From NCBI RefSeq assembly GCF_000372725.1, contig NW_005201613.1:216290-280289 (forward strand): a stretch of DNA of 64,000 bases. Direction: 5' to 3'. This stretch comes from Emiliania huxleyi CCMP1516. Taxonomy: Eukaryota. Below the pieces are notes generated by a model. The model had not been told where the DNA came from, ran no database searches, and worked only from the letters and a program-made list of their open reading frames with translations. Shown piece after piece: positions 53,091 to 64,000 of this stretch (the first letter of the stretch is position 1; each line of letters begins with the position of its first letter). A program made the translations under genes and the position numbers.

Positions 53091-56000
53091 CCACCCTTTT
53101 TGGGTCTGTTGGACGCGTCCTAGCGAGGACCTCTCGTTCTGGGGCTTCTGGCTCGACGGCAGGAGCGCACGGGTCGGGCGGGGTCGGATGCTTTCGCCGG
53201 GCGTTCGGCGGAAGCTCGCCGCCACAGGGGCGGGGCATGGGGCCGGGCTCGTATGCATGGGTGGGCATGTGCCAGTGCGGCGCTGCGTGGAATCACGCTC
53301 GAGTGGATTCAAGATCAGGGGGCAGTGGGCTGGCGGGTGGCGTTTCGTATCGGTGGCGGGGCGCGCACACTTCATCGTTCATGGGGGGTTGTGTGCTTGT
53401 GTGGGCATCACTCAGTCGTGCTCCCAGAGAAACCTGCATGCTGCATGTGAACGGCACAGTGTGTGTCGTGTGAGGGGCGTTTCCGGCGGGGCCCCGGCTG
53501 AGAAGAGGAGAGGTATATATACTCTCTCCAGTCCACAAAGCGTTACAGGTGCCCCGCGCCGGTGTGCAACGGGCGGGCGAATGTGTTGTGTATTCTACAT
53601 CAACAGATCGATTAAATTATCCCGAAAGACGTAATAATACACAGACGCTCAAGTCGTGCTCGACGCGGTCGAGGCTCGATGGATGCGCATGTGGCGCGCA
53701 ACTCGCTCGATCGGCGACACACTCGAGAGAACGCATACATCAGAAAAGAGGCATTTCTCCCGTCCCTGTCTCAGAAGATCTCGGTCACCTGGGCGTTGGA
53801 GATGAACGAGCTACACAGCCCCGCCTCTCCGAGCCCTTTGCCGTTGCTGCACCGGCGCGTTTTGCCTCAGCAGGCACAGTCAGGGAAGACCGGGCAGCAC
53901 CTAAACTCAGAGGCGCTGCGCCAGCCGTACTTGCTGATGGCACGCGTGACCACACACTTACAGGTCTTGCCCGGGCGGTAGGTGAATGACGCCATCTCCT
54001 TGTTGATGGCGTTCTCCACCTCAGTCACTTGTGCTGCGGCTTGTGTGAGCGACACTGCTCGGCGACTGCCGGCACACTGTGAGACCATGGGTGTGAGGTT
54101 AAACCACGCTCCACGCTACCAGCGCTTGGTCACATCGGCCCCGAGGTCATATCCTTCTCCTCTGTTGATGGTAACACTTGTCTACCGGCTGGAGCCGAGC
54201 AGGAGGGCTTGACGCACAACCCCTGTTCAACTCACCCTCCACGACACCCCGTACACGGCGCGGTCGTTGAGGAAGAAAAGAGCTCGATTTATTTTACTGT
54301 TATCCATGTACCAAGAAGAAAAAAAAACTGTTCAGTTTTACGAAAAAGGGAGCTACCTGCTCCGGCGACACTAGGGACTCGGGCCTGATCCCGCACAAAA
54401 CATCTCCACACACTCTCTCCTCTCTATGACACGACTCTCCGACCTTGGGCTAGATTCCCATATTTCACCACAAGCGCCAAACTGCTTCGCCGCGCGCTGC
54501 TTACAGCGTCAAGTGCGGCCCTTAGCTGAGTAGAACTCGAAGTGGGCGTCGAGGGGGCCTATAGTAGAGTGTGAGCCCGCGCGCTGCAAAGCTCGAGTGT
54601 GGGCGATGGCGCGAGCTGGGCCATGTACTAATTGCGTGCGACTGTTTCTGCCGTCTTTGAGGGGGCGTGGGCGTAGGAGTGGTGCTCTGCTACCCTTGCA
54701 GCCGAGCGCCTTCTCTCAGCTCCATTGCCTCTAGGGGTTGTGGCCGTGGATTTGGCCCCCTAGCCCCCCTCTCCGAGAGCAGGCCTGTCCAGTCTGTGTG
54801 GGTGGGGCGCCGTCGTGGCGTGAATCTTGCCTGCCCGTCGTGGCGTGAATCTTGCCTGCCGATGTTGGGGTGTTGCCGAGGTGGCGTGTCGGGGTGTCGC
54901 CGTACGCGGAGGGTAGGCAAGCGGTGGTGGGGACGGGTTCCGGGGCTTTGTCGAGCGTGGTAGTCGCCTCTGGTCTCGAGGTGTGAATGGAGCTGTGTGT
55001 CAGCTCTGACTATCTCGCGTGATATCGGCCGCGTTGGCGGTTTCAGCGTGCTTCAGGCGAGGGATTTGGTTGGTGAGGGCGCGGGTGGAACGCGTCCGAG
55101 GGATCGCGGGCGCGGGCGAGTGCCGAAGGCGGTGTGGCGCGCCTCAGACCGAGGTCTGTTTGCGCCTGTTTGCGCCTGGTCGCTTGCATAGGGTCGATCT
55201 CGGCGGTTGAGTTAGTGTTGGCACCCCGAGTGACTGGCTTGATTGTTGGGCTGAGTGCGAGCCCTAGGGCGCCTCATCCGGCAGGCTGTCACTCGGCGGG
55301 GGTGGGGAACGCGAGACGGGGTCCATTTGTGGTTGGGACCGTGCGTGCGGGGTTGGGCGACTCGCAGCCGTGGGTGGGCACTGGGACATTGTTGACGCGC
55401 CTGCGGGCGTGCCTGCGGGCGCGTTTGAAAGCGCTGATGCGCCTCCTGCGAGCTATCCGTGGCAGCAGGAGCGCGGTTTTTCGTGAGAGGGTGTGAATCA
55501 CCGTGTGTGCACCGGGCATTGGTGGATGGAGTGTAAGCGCGCAGTGAGAGGCGTGGTGAGAGGAGGGCGGCCATGCAGAGGCTGACTCGGGGATGCCTAC
55601 TGGGATGGCGGCCGCAGGCTGCGGTGTGAAGGGCAGTCGCCGAACCACGGAGTCAAGGAGAGCCATAGAGCCGAAGAGCCACAGCAGTGGCCCGGCTGCC
55701 ATCAGCAGCTGCTCTGCGAGATTGCATCTCGCTACTCTCGGTGAAGTAACTCTGGGTACAGGAATTGTATGCCCCTGCTGGCTGTGACCGGGATAGGCCC
55801 CCGTTGGCCCGGGGGAGCTGCGGCTCACGCCCAGCCCCCCGCGTGTCGTCGCCGCCATGAGTGCACGTGGAACCGCACAGAATGTGCGATTGGCACATGC
55901 TGGACCCGTTACCTCGCCTCGCGGCGAGGTCGGCGCGACAAACCGCAATCGAGCGGGCGCAGCCGCTACGATTGCGGCGGGCTGACCGGCGGTGAGCGCT

Positions 56001-56724
56001 GTCGCTGCCGCTCCGAGCTTCCCCAGAGTCAGCAGCACAGCAAGCAACCCGTGTACGGCCTCACGCACAGTGGAGGGTTGTCGGCACCTGTCGGCGCCAG
56101 TCGCCCTTCCAGCGCAGTGAAGCCGCGCCGTGTGCTGCTGCCGAGCCGCCGCAAGTCGGCTTTGAGGCCGACTTGTGGCTGGCAGTGGAGCCCTGAGCAT
56201 GCTCGAGGACTGTGCCAGAGTTGAGGTACTGCGGCGTACATTGCTCAACACTGCGAACGAATTTTGACATGAGACCAACGCGCATGCGTTGGTTTGCAGT
56301 GACCTCGCCTGCGTCGTGCGACGCGGCGCGGACCAGGTGAGGCGATCGTCCGCCCCGACGGCGGGCCGGACGGATGGGTACGTCGTCATAGGGTACGCGA
56401 CGATAAAAAAGATTTTTCCATGTACCAAGAAGAGAAGGAGGCTACGTCCTAACAAATAACGTGAAGACGCCAGGGAGGGATGGGTGGGACATGGACGCAT
56501 GCCGAATGCGCGAATTGTTTTTTCTTGTCGCCGGCCAAGAGCGGAATGCGTCGCGCCTATAACGCGAAGACTGCTGAAGGACGCGCCGCGAGCCGAAGTA
56601 TGCCCAACGCGGCACCACCGCCGGAGCCGCGCTCCTGGCCGACCGGCGATTGTGACGATCCCGACCCGCTCACGGCAGGTCCATTGCTGAAGCGTGGCGG
56701 CACCTGGCGGAGCTACGCGTACAA

Positions 56725-57299
56725 TGACGGAATACACGGCAATTTCAGCCGAAGCCGGCCAGCTGCTCATCTGCAAGAAGGGCGGGCGCGATGCGTCGCT
56801 TCGATGCGTGGATCCAGAGGTTCTGCTGGCCGAATGCGAGCGGCTTGGGCTGGTCGAGGAGCTCGTTCACGGCGGCGATGAGGCAAGAGTCGAGCATCAG
56901 CTCGTTGCCACCACCAGCGGGGTGCTGTTCGAGATAGAGTTCTCGGAGGGCGTTCGGTTTACGCCACGGCTAGTGCCGCCGGGTGTAGCCTTTGCAGTGC
57001 CGGGTCCGGACGGGCCTTCGCGCCAGCTCACGACGCAGGAGGGGGACGTCGAGCTGCTTATCGACGACCCGAGTGACGAGGGCAACTCTGTTAGCTTGCT
57101 GCTTCGCAAGGAGACGGCCGCGGAGCACAAGGCGACGCTCCAAGAGATGGCCGACGCCGCGAAGCGCATTGCTGGCGAGGAGGCCGCGGAGGAGGCCGCG
57201 AGAGAGAAGCGGCGCGTTGAGCGGCGCGAGCGGGAGGAGGCGCGGAAGGCGGCGGGCGTCAAGAAGCGCAAGCGGCGGAGGAAGCCAGACAAGTGGTGA
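56725..57299 (+). CDS. Hypothetical protein with a C-terminal coiled coil and basic NLS-like tail
   Basis: MTEYTAISAEAGQLLICKKG...KKRKRRRKPDKW; protein-like composition. Confidence 0.5.
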
Positions 57300-58237
57300 G
57301 ACGAGAGTAGCGCGAAGGACTGGAGATCAGCTGAGGCCGTTCGCGGTACATCGGTGATCACATGGGCGCGACGGTCGTGGCGAGATCAGCTGATTATCGG
57401 CGCCCTTGGCCACCCGAGACCCGTCCGCAGCGCTCCCCACTGAGAGAGCTCTTGCACGGCTGAGAGAGCTGTGCCTGTGGGTTAGGAGGCTGTGTGCGCG
57501 TCCGCGCGAGCCATCATCTAGCAAGGTGTTAAAAGGTAAAACAGTGACACTCGCCGTCCGCTCCGGCTCTTTTTTCGCGCACTGCCGTTGCCGATTGTTT
57601 TTTCTTGTCACACACTCGCGCAACGGGTCTTTAGCAGGCGGGCCCCAGACAGAGCTCCACGGTTCAGTTTTTGCGATATCGAGCGAGAAGAGCGCGCCAC
57701 TGCTCCGCTGCAGCTTCGCCCAGGTGACGTCAGAGCCCTAGAGGTGGCGTGGCTCTCCGGGCGGCTGCAGCTCGAGGGGCTCGGGCAGGTTGACCACCAC
57801 GCGCATGGACAGAGCGGTGCTGAAACGCAAGCGACTTTGAGAGGTGTCTCGGGAACGTCGAACTTCCTCGATGACAAAAATAAAAAACAACGCCGAGGCG
57901 CACTCGTCGACTTTGACTATTATCTGTCCTCGGGAGGGCGGCGGCGGCCGTGTAGGGGTGGCGGCGCGCTCCTGGTGACAAATAGTCGCCGCACAGTGCA
58001 ACACGGCTGCTCACACACCCAGCCGTCGTGCTCTGGTTCGCCTCTTAGATCGCCTCTGCCACCGAGATACCGAGGCCGAGGCGCACTCGTCGACTTGGGC
58101 TATTATCTGCCGCGGCGAGCTCCCGGTTGCAAATACGGGGCGGCTCGCGCCCCCATCCGCGCACCAGCGTGCCACTCTAGTCCCGCCTGCCGCCCAGATA
58201 CCGAGGGCGGGGCGCACTCTTCGACTTGGGCTATTAT

Positions 58238-59187
58238 CGATCAACACTTTCGATAGACCGAAAGTAAGATCGTTCGGTGCAGAAACCCCGGCCATGCCCA
58301 TGTAACGCAATTGTGCTCGATTTTTTTGATTTTTTGGTCGAGAAGTGTCTCCAAGTCTTCTGGACCCATCGATGGCCGTCGCCTCGACGCCGCTCGTCGC
58401 GGCACCATCGTGCCCGGCCTGGGCGAAGCATCGTCGCGGGCGCCAGCCGCAGTTCGACGGCAAGCCGTGCGAGCCTGCCGAGGAGGAGGACATGTGGCTG
58501 TGCCTGGCCGACGGCCGCGCGCGCAGCACCGCCGACCTGAAGCGCCTGGCGACAGCCGCTCGGGTGCGAGCGAAACGAGCACGAGATGCAGCCGCCGCGA
58601 ACACGCGCGATCGGCAGGCGCGCGACCAGCGCCGCCGGCAGCGTGAGCAGCACGACCGGCGCGCAGCGCCGGCGGTCGCCAAGACCGTGCGCCCACAACG
58701 CGGCCAGTGCGGCTGCCCGGCGCACGCGGTGTGCGGCATGTGCGTCGACCAGGGCAAGCTCGCCGCGGCCGAGCAGGCGGCCATCGACCTGGAGACGCGC
58801 TTCCACGCCTCGACGAACGTCGTCATGGACCTGGAGCGGCTCGAGGACGAGACGGCGGCGCTGCTGCAGCGCTGCGTGCACGTCTCCGACGAGACGAAGC
58901 GGCGGCTGCTGGGCGAGTGGAGCGACGAGCGCATGGCGCACGCGCTGCCGCTGCACGCATGCGCCTCGTGCGGCGTGCGGGACCCGTCGCTGACGTACAC
59001 GCGGGTTGACGTGTCGGCGCTGCCGCGTACTGTGTCTGTGCGCGTAGCCGGCGGCGAAGACCAGACGCGGCACGTGTTTGAGCTCTCGCCCGAGCAGTGC
59101 GCTAAGTATCGAGGTCTTCAAAACAAAAAGGTGCGCCTTGCGTTTCCCAACGGAGGAGTTGCGGTGTTGATCGCCGCGGGAGCCCTC
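58238..59187 (+). mobile_element. Non-autonomous Helitron2/Helentron-like element, copy 2 (950 bp), with a truncated Cys-rich ORF
   Basis: Same termini as 2816-7168; TTAT on both sides (58234-58237, 59188-59191); 5' hairpin ACTTTCG-N6-CGAAAGT; internal ORF with CGCPAH..CGMC and HACASCGVRD. Confidence 0.75.
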
Positions 59188-59372
59188 TTATTTGCCACCG
59201 GGAGGGCGGCGGCGGCGGTGTAGGGGCGGCGGCGAGCTCCCGGTTGCAAATACTCACCTCACAGTCCAAGATGACGACTCGCGCCCCCGTCCGCGCTCTG
59301 GTGTGTTGCTTGGGTCGCCTCTGCTGCTGTGTCTCTGTCTTAGCCAGATATCGAGAGCGCGCGACGACAACC

Positions 59373-59565
59373 AACCCTAACCCTAACCCTAACCCTAACC
59401 CTAACCCTAACCCAGACCCTAGCCCGAAGAACCCAAAGCATTCACCGAGAGCTCGTGTCGACGGACCGCTGATTCCTCCATTTGGTTTCGGCCCAAACCG
59501 GGCCATTCTCTTAGGAGCTGCACAACGGCTTGAACTCTCTGACCCTAACCCTAGCCCTAACCCTA
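59373..59565. repeat. Interstitial telomere-like (CCCTAA)n tracts
   Basis: About six AACCCT units at 59373-59413 and a short degenerate tract at ~59542-59565. Confidence 0.9.
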
Positions 59566-59925
59566 GGGCTACAGTACCCCATCGCAGCAGCGTCGCCGCC
59601 GCTGCAGCGTCGCCAGTGCAGCGTCGCCAGTGCACAAAGCGCAATGGACCACAGGTCTGCACTCATGGCACAAGCTCACTGGTGTGAGGATTCATTGCCA
59701 CTGTACAAGGTGCTGTGCAGCACCTGAGGGCTACCTGAGTACTGCCATGTTTGCTACATCAACAGGGGCGCAACTGAGCTGCAACTGAGCTAGAACTTGA
59801 GAGGCTGCAACTGAGGGATGAAAGCACTGCCAGCGAAGTTTGATTGCTGCTGCAACCCTGAGTTTCTAACTCTGTGACTCCAATGGGTCTACCTGGTACG
59901 TCTCTGCTGTGTTAGGATCATCAGA

Positions 59926-60140
59926 GGTGTCGAGCGGTGTCGAGCGGTGTGTCGAGCGGTGTCGAGCGGTGTCGAGCGGTGTCGAGGGGTGTCGAGGTGT
60001 CGAGTTTGGCACCTTGACCGGCGAGCGTGGTACCAGCCGAGATGGTGTCGAGGGGTGTCGAGGGGTGTCGAGGGGTGTCGAGTTGGCACGGGGTGTCGAG
60101 GTGTCGAGTTGGTGTCGAGGTTTGGTGTCGAGGTGTCGAG
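59926..60140. repeat. (GGTGTCGAG)n-type minisatellite
   Basis: Repeated GGTGTCGAG(C/G) units. Confidence 0.9.
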
Positions 60141-60467
60141 GCCAGGGCTGGCCAGGGCTCAGCTTTGTACCCGGTCGCGCAGCGCCGCACATGCGCTGCG
60201 CGCGTCGCGTGCCCCCACTGCAACATCAGGCTCGGCCCGATGTAGTGTTTTTTTCACTCTACACTTTTCGTTGCTACACCGTCTCTCAAATCGAGACTCA
60301 CGAGAGATGGGCAGTCTCCGATAAAGCCTACCCGCTCTAGCTGGCGCGCGCAAACTCGTCGAGAGAAGGACTCATGGAGTCGAGACGACTGGGACTGCCG
60401 TGCCGGGTCGCTGCCAACGCGCCAGGGGGCACAGAATATGACACACGTTCTACCCTCTGCCTCGGGC

Positions 60468-63395
60468 TCACGCCAGCGGGTCGTGCTTGAAGTGGACTCC
60501 CTTGAGCCGAGTGAAGGCCTTGAAGCCGTGCGCCGAGAGGCTGGCGCCCTTGCCCGACGCCTTTGCGCCGGTCCACGGCAGCAGCGGGTCGAGGTAGTCG
60601 CACCGGTTCATAAAGACGGTGCCCACGTCGACGCGCGCCGCAAAGGCCTCGGCGCGTTCGACGTCGGAGGTGAAGATGCAGGCGGTCAGGCCAAAGGGCG
60701 AGTCGTCCACCGCCTCGGCCGCCTCGGCATCGGAGGCGACCTTGCACACGCCGAGCACGGGCCCAAAGGACTCGTCGCGCATCAGCGCCATCGAGTGGTC
60801 GCAGCCGTCGAGTAGCGCCGGAGCGAAGAAGCGGCCGCGCCCCGTCGCGGGGCACGCCGTCTCGACGCCGCCGCACAACAGCCGCGCCCCCTTGGCCGTC
60901 GCGTCGAGCACCTGCCCGCGCAAAAAGGCGGGCGCGGAGGGGAGAGCGAGCGGGCCGAGGCTGGTGGCGCCGTCGCGCGGGTCGCCGAGCCGGTACGCCC
61001 TCACGAGCTCAAGCGCACGCGCCACAAACTCCTCGTGTACCGTCTCGTGCACAAAGACCCGCTCGATGGCGCAGCACGACTGCCCGGCGTTGTAAAAGGC
61101 GCCGTCGACGAGCGACGCGGCGGCGGCGGCGACGTCCGCGTCGGCAGCCACGTACGCGCCGTCCTTGCCACCCAGCTCGAGCGTCGTGTCGATGAAGCGG
61201 CGGCTCGCGGAGGCGTGGACCGCGTGGCCCGCCTTGACCGAGCCGGTGAAAGAGACGAGGCCAATCTGCGGCAGCTCGATGGCCGCGTGCACCGCCTCGT
61301 TGCTGCAGGGTAGCGCCTGTGGGGAGGGGTGGCGAGAGGGCGGTGAGGCTTGTGGTGGTGCGGTGAGGCTTGTGGCGGTGAGAGGGCTGAGGGCGCGACT
61401 AGAAAGGGCCCTCCAACGGGCTCGCCTGCACGAGGCCCGCCGGCGCGCCGGCGGCGGCGAAGGCGCGCTCAAAGGCGTCGGCGCACAGCGGCGTGCGCGG
61501 CGAGTGCTTGAGCTGCACGGCGTTGCCGGCGAGCACCGCAGGCACCACGCAGTTGACGGCGGTCAGCAGCGGGTAGTTCCACGGCGCAATGGCGAGCACG
61601 ACGCCGACAGGGACCTTCTCGATGCGCCGCGTGAAGCTTGGCTTCTCGGGGAGCTGCTCCGGCGCGAGGGACGCCGGCGCGAGCGCCATCATCGCCTCGG
61701 CGCGCTCGCGGACCCCGCGCACCTCGCCGCGGCTCGCCGCGAGCGGCTTGCCCATCTGTGCCGTGATGTCGGCCGCGACCCGATCCACGTCCGCCTCGAG
61801 CGCGTCGAGGAACCGGCCGCACAGCTCCACTCGCTCCGCGACCGTCGTCTCCGCAGCCCACTCGCGCTGCACCCGCGCCGCGGCGACCGCCTGCGGGTCA
61901 TAGGCTGAGGCTGCCGACTGCTCCTGCCGACGTGTGCGTGTGCGTGGGTCCTCTGAAGGCTGCCTGCGCGACCGCCTCCGACGCCCCGAGCAGCCGCACT
62001 CGCGCCGCCTCGGAGCCGTCGTACGGGTTGTCGACCACAACCTCTCCCGGCCTGGCTGCCGGCGCGCCCAGCGGCTTGCCCAACCGCCCCGCCGCGCCGA
62101 CGAGCTGCGAGCCGGCGAGGCCCGGCGGCGGGTAGCGTGCCTCCGCCCGCGGCCCGCGCACGTGGTCGAGGTCTCGCCGCCGCTGCGGCAGCACGAGGTG
62201 CTGAAGCCAGTTCGCTATCTCGCGGGCGCGGCGCGCGGGGTCGATGACATCGTCGCCGACGGCGAGCCGGCGCCGCAGCTCGAGATTGGACGGGTCGGCG
62301 GCGAGCGCCTCGAGGTCGCGCGAGTAGCGGAGCAGCTCCTCCTCGCTCGAGTACTGCGCGCGGCGGCAAGAGGCGCGGCGGTGAGAGACGGCGTGGCGAG
62401 GGGTGGCGGTGAGGGGCGGTGAGGGGCGGCGGCGGCGGGGAGGGGGGAGGGGGGGGGGGGGGGGCGCTGAGAAGGAGGTGCCGCCGCACCTCCCCCTGCT
62501 CGACCAGCAGGCTGCGCGACGCCGGCAGCCGCATCAGGCGGGCAATCTCGCCGAGGTCAAGCTCGGGGTGGTACTGGACCGACCAAAACTCGCCGCCGTC
62601 GATGCGGACGGCGAGCCCTTGCACCGGCGTGAAGTCGTTCGACGCGAGCACCTCCGCCTCGACGCCGGGCCTGCACACGGGCGCCGCGGCCCAGCTGGCC
62701 GCGACGTGGTCCGTGTGCGCGGCGCAGCCGTCAAAGGTCTGGAGGCAGCCGTCAAACATCGGGTGGCGCCGCCCCGACCGAGTGAGGGCGATGCCGCGCG
62801 CGATGCCGTGCTCGCGCCCCCGCGGGTTGGGCTCACACGGGATGCCCGCCGCGGCCGCCGAGATCTGGAGGCCCCAGCAAGAGCCGTACTGCGGCACGGC
62901 GGCCTGAAAGCAGCGGCGCGCGAGCTCGATCTGGCGCGTCACCTCGGGCTTGTCCTCGTGGATCGTGAGCGAAGACCCCGTCCCTGCGCCACCGAGCGTG
63001 CTCAGGCGAGCGAGCGAGCGGGCGGTGGGGCGGGCGCTGCGAGAGGTCGGAGGGCGGGCGCTGCACTCACATACGACGCCGTCAAAGCGCGAGAGTTCGC
63101 CAACTTCAGCGAGCTCTTGCACCGAGTCGGCCGGGTGGCAGTACGAGAGGCGCAGCTCGTGATCTTCGGGGCAGATGCGCGAAAGCAGCGCCGCAAACGT
63201 GTCTGACGCGGTTGTGCAGCCCGCAGAGGTGAGGCGCTCCCGGCCCGCGCGATCATCTGCCTCAACGATGAGCAGCCGGAGTGGTGTAGCGGGCGTTGAA
63301 GTGGCAGTGGTGGCGGCGGCGGCGGAGGACCTGGCGGAGAAGGCTCGCCGCGGCAGCCGAATCGAGAGCGGCGGCCGCCGAGCCCGCGGAAGCAT
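60468..63395 (-). CDS. Class I glutamine amidotransferase-like domain fused to aldehyde dehydrogenase, multi-exon, with an N-terminal transit-peptide-like sequence
   Basis: GAT1: GVV(W)TGSS, YGSCWGLQI, QYHPE. One exon (~62353-61948) reads without a stop from EIANWL into VVDNPYDG. ALDH: IAPWNYP, LKHS, SFTGS, LELGGKD, NAGQSCCA, ESFGPV, FGL, PWTGAKASG. Confidence 0.85.
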
Positions 63396-63645
63396 TGGCC
63401 ACGTCGGCAGATATCGAACGGAGAACAAGGGGGGTACGGAAGGGGGATATGGGGGGATGGACGTTGGAAATCTGGGCTGGGTCAGATTCCTGAACTAGAT
63501 TCTCGGATGCTGGAATCTCAGATTCTCGCTTTTCAGATCATCTACAGCGCCCCGCCCCCGCCCATGTTCATTGGCAAACGAAAACTTGTTCCCCCAGCCC
63601 GTACCCCCGCTGCATTTGGCGAGCGCCACCTCCTCCCTGGCGACG

Positions 63646-64000
63646 ATGAGGGCGCTGCGAGGTGTCAGCCGCCGTCTATCCACGCCGGCGCTCAAGCCAC
63701 CGTCCGCCCACGCGCTCGGCTGGCGCGTCACGCCGGTCGCCCACGCCCTGGGAGCCGAAATTGAGGGCGCCGACCTCTCTCACATCGGTGCCACCGAGTT
63801 TGCGGCGGTCCGCGAGGCGCTCCTTCAGTACGAGGTGATCTTCTTCCGCGATCAGGCGTCCTTCGATCCGGCAGCGCACCGCGCGCTCGCCCAGCTCTTT
63901 GGAGGCGTGCAGACGCACCCCGCATACGCCACCGTCGAGGGCTTCCCAGAGATCACGATCCTGGAGAATGACCGCGAGCGGCCGTCGCTGATCGAAAAGT
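63646..64000 (+). CDS. TauD/TfdA-family 2OG-Fe(II) dioxygenase, 5' part (runs off the right edge)
   Basis: MRALRGVSRRLS...RVTPVAHALGAEIEGADLS...AVREALLQYEVIFFRDQ...HRALAQLFG...HPAY...FPEITILEND. Confidence 0.88.
   Translation, partial: MRALRGVSRRLSTPALKPPSAHALGWRVTPVAHALGAEIEGADLSHIGATEFAAVREALLQYEVIFFRDQASFDPAAHRALAQLFGGVQTHPAYATVEGFPEITILENDRERPSLIEK

Noticed and set aside
52017..53375. ORFs of 452 and 354 aa
   Set aside because: They span the N gap and are artefacts.
55289..56776. 495-aa minus-strand ORF as a real gene or retroelement protein
   Set aside because: No recognisable RT, integrase, gag or other motifs; composition looks non-coding.
57893..58237. Three ~28-bp repeats with variable spacing as a mini-CRISPR
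   Set aside because: Spacers are 100-160 bp and share sequence with each other; this is a degenerate tandem repeat.
59373..59565. True chromosome end
   Set aside because: Short, degenerate CCCTAA tracts with genes on both sides; interstitial.

Overview
GC-rich eukaryotic genomic DNA with one assembly gap (N run, 52400-53090). It has GT-AG and GC-AG introns, 10-bp tandem repeats inside introns, microsatellites and interstitial CCCTAA repeats, most consistent with a haptophyte such as Emiliania/Gephyrocapsa huxleyi (inference). Ordinary genes: tandem ubiquitin-like protein, isochorismatase-family hydrolase, hybrid histidine kinase, PhyH-like dioxygenase, EF-hand membrane protein, cyclophilin, GNAT, SAM methyltransferase, class-3 lipase, a GATase1-ALDH fusion and a TauD-family gene. 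These are mixed with mobile DNA and a decayed type I PKS module. Top candidate novel system: a predicted ~1600-aa spliced protein (38794-43705) with a FEN1/XPG-type nuclease plus H3TH motif, a putative UDG-superfamily domain, 12 near-identical 37-aa mTERF-like repeats with one hypervariable residue, and an NLS. It looks like a TALE-like modular DNA-targeting enzyme. Nearby are an F-box protein with related repeats and a TET/JBP-like dioxygenase. Also notable: a two-copy element family bounded by TTAT, with asymmetric inverted repeats (Helitron2/Helentron-like). One copy carries a SET-domain ORF and a nested TIR element; the other appears to hold an excision footprint. An OPR-RAP repeat protein and a shared intronic repeat family are also present. 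All domain calls come from motif recognition by eye, not database searches.
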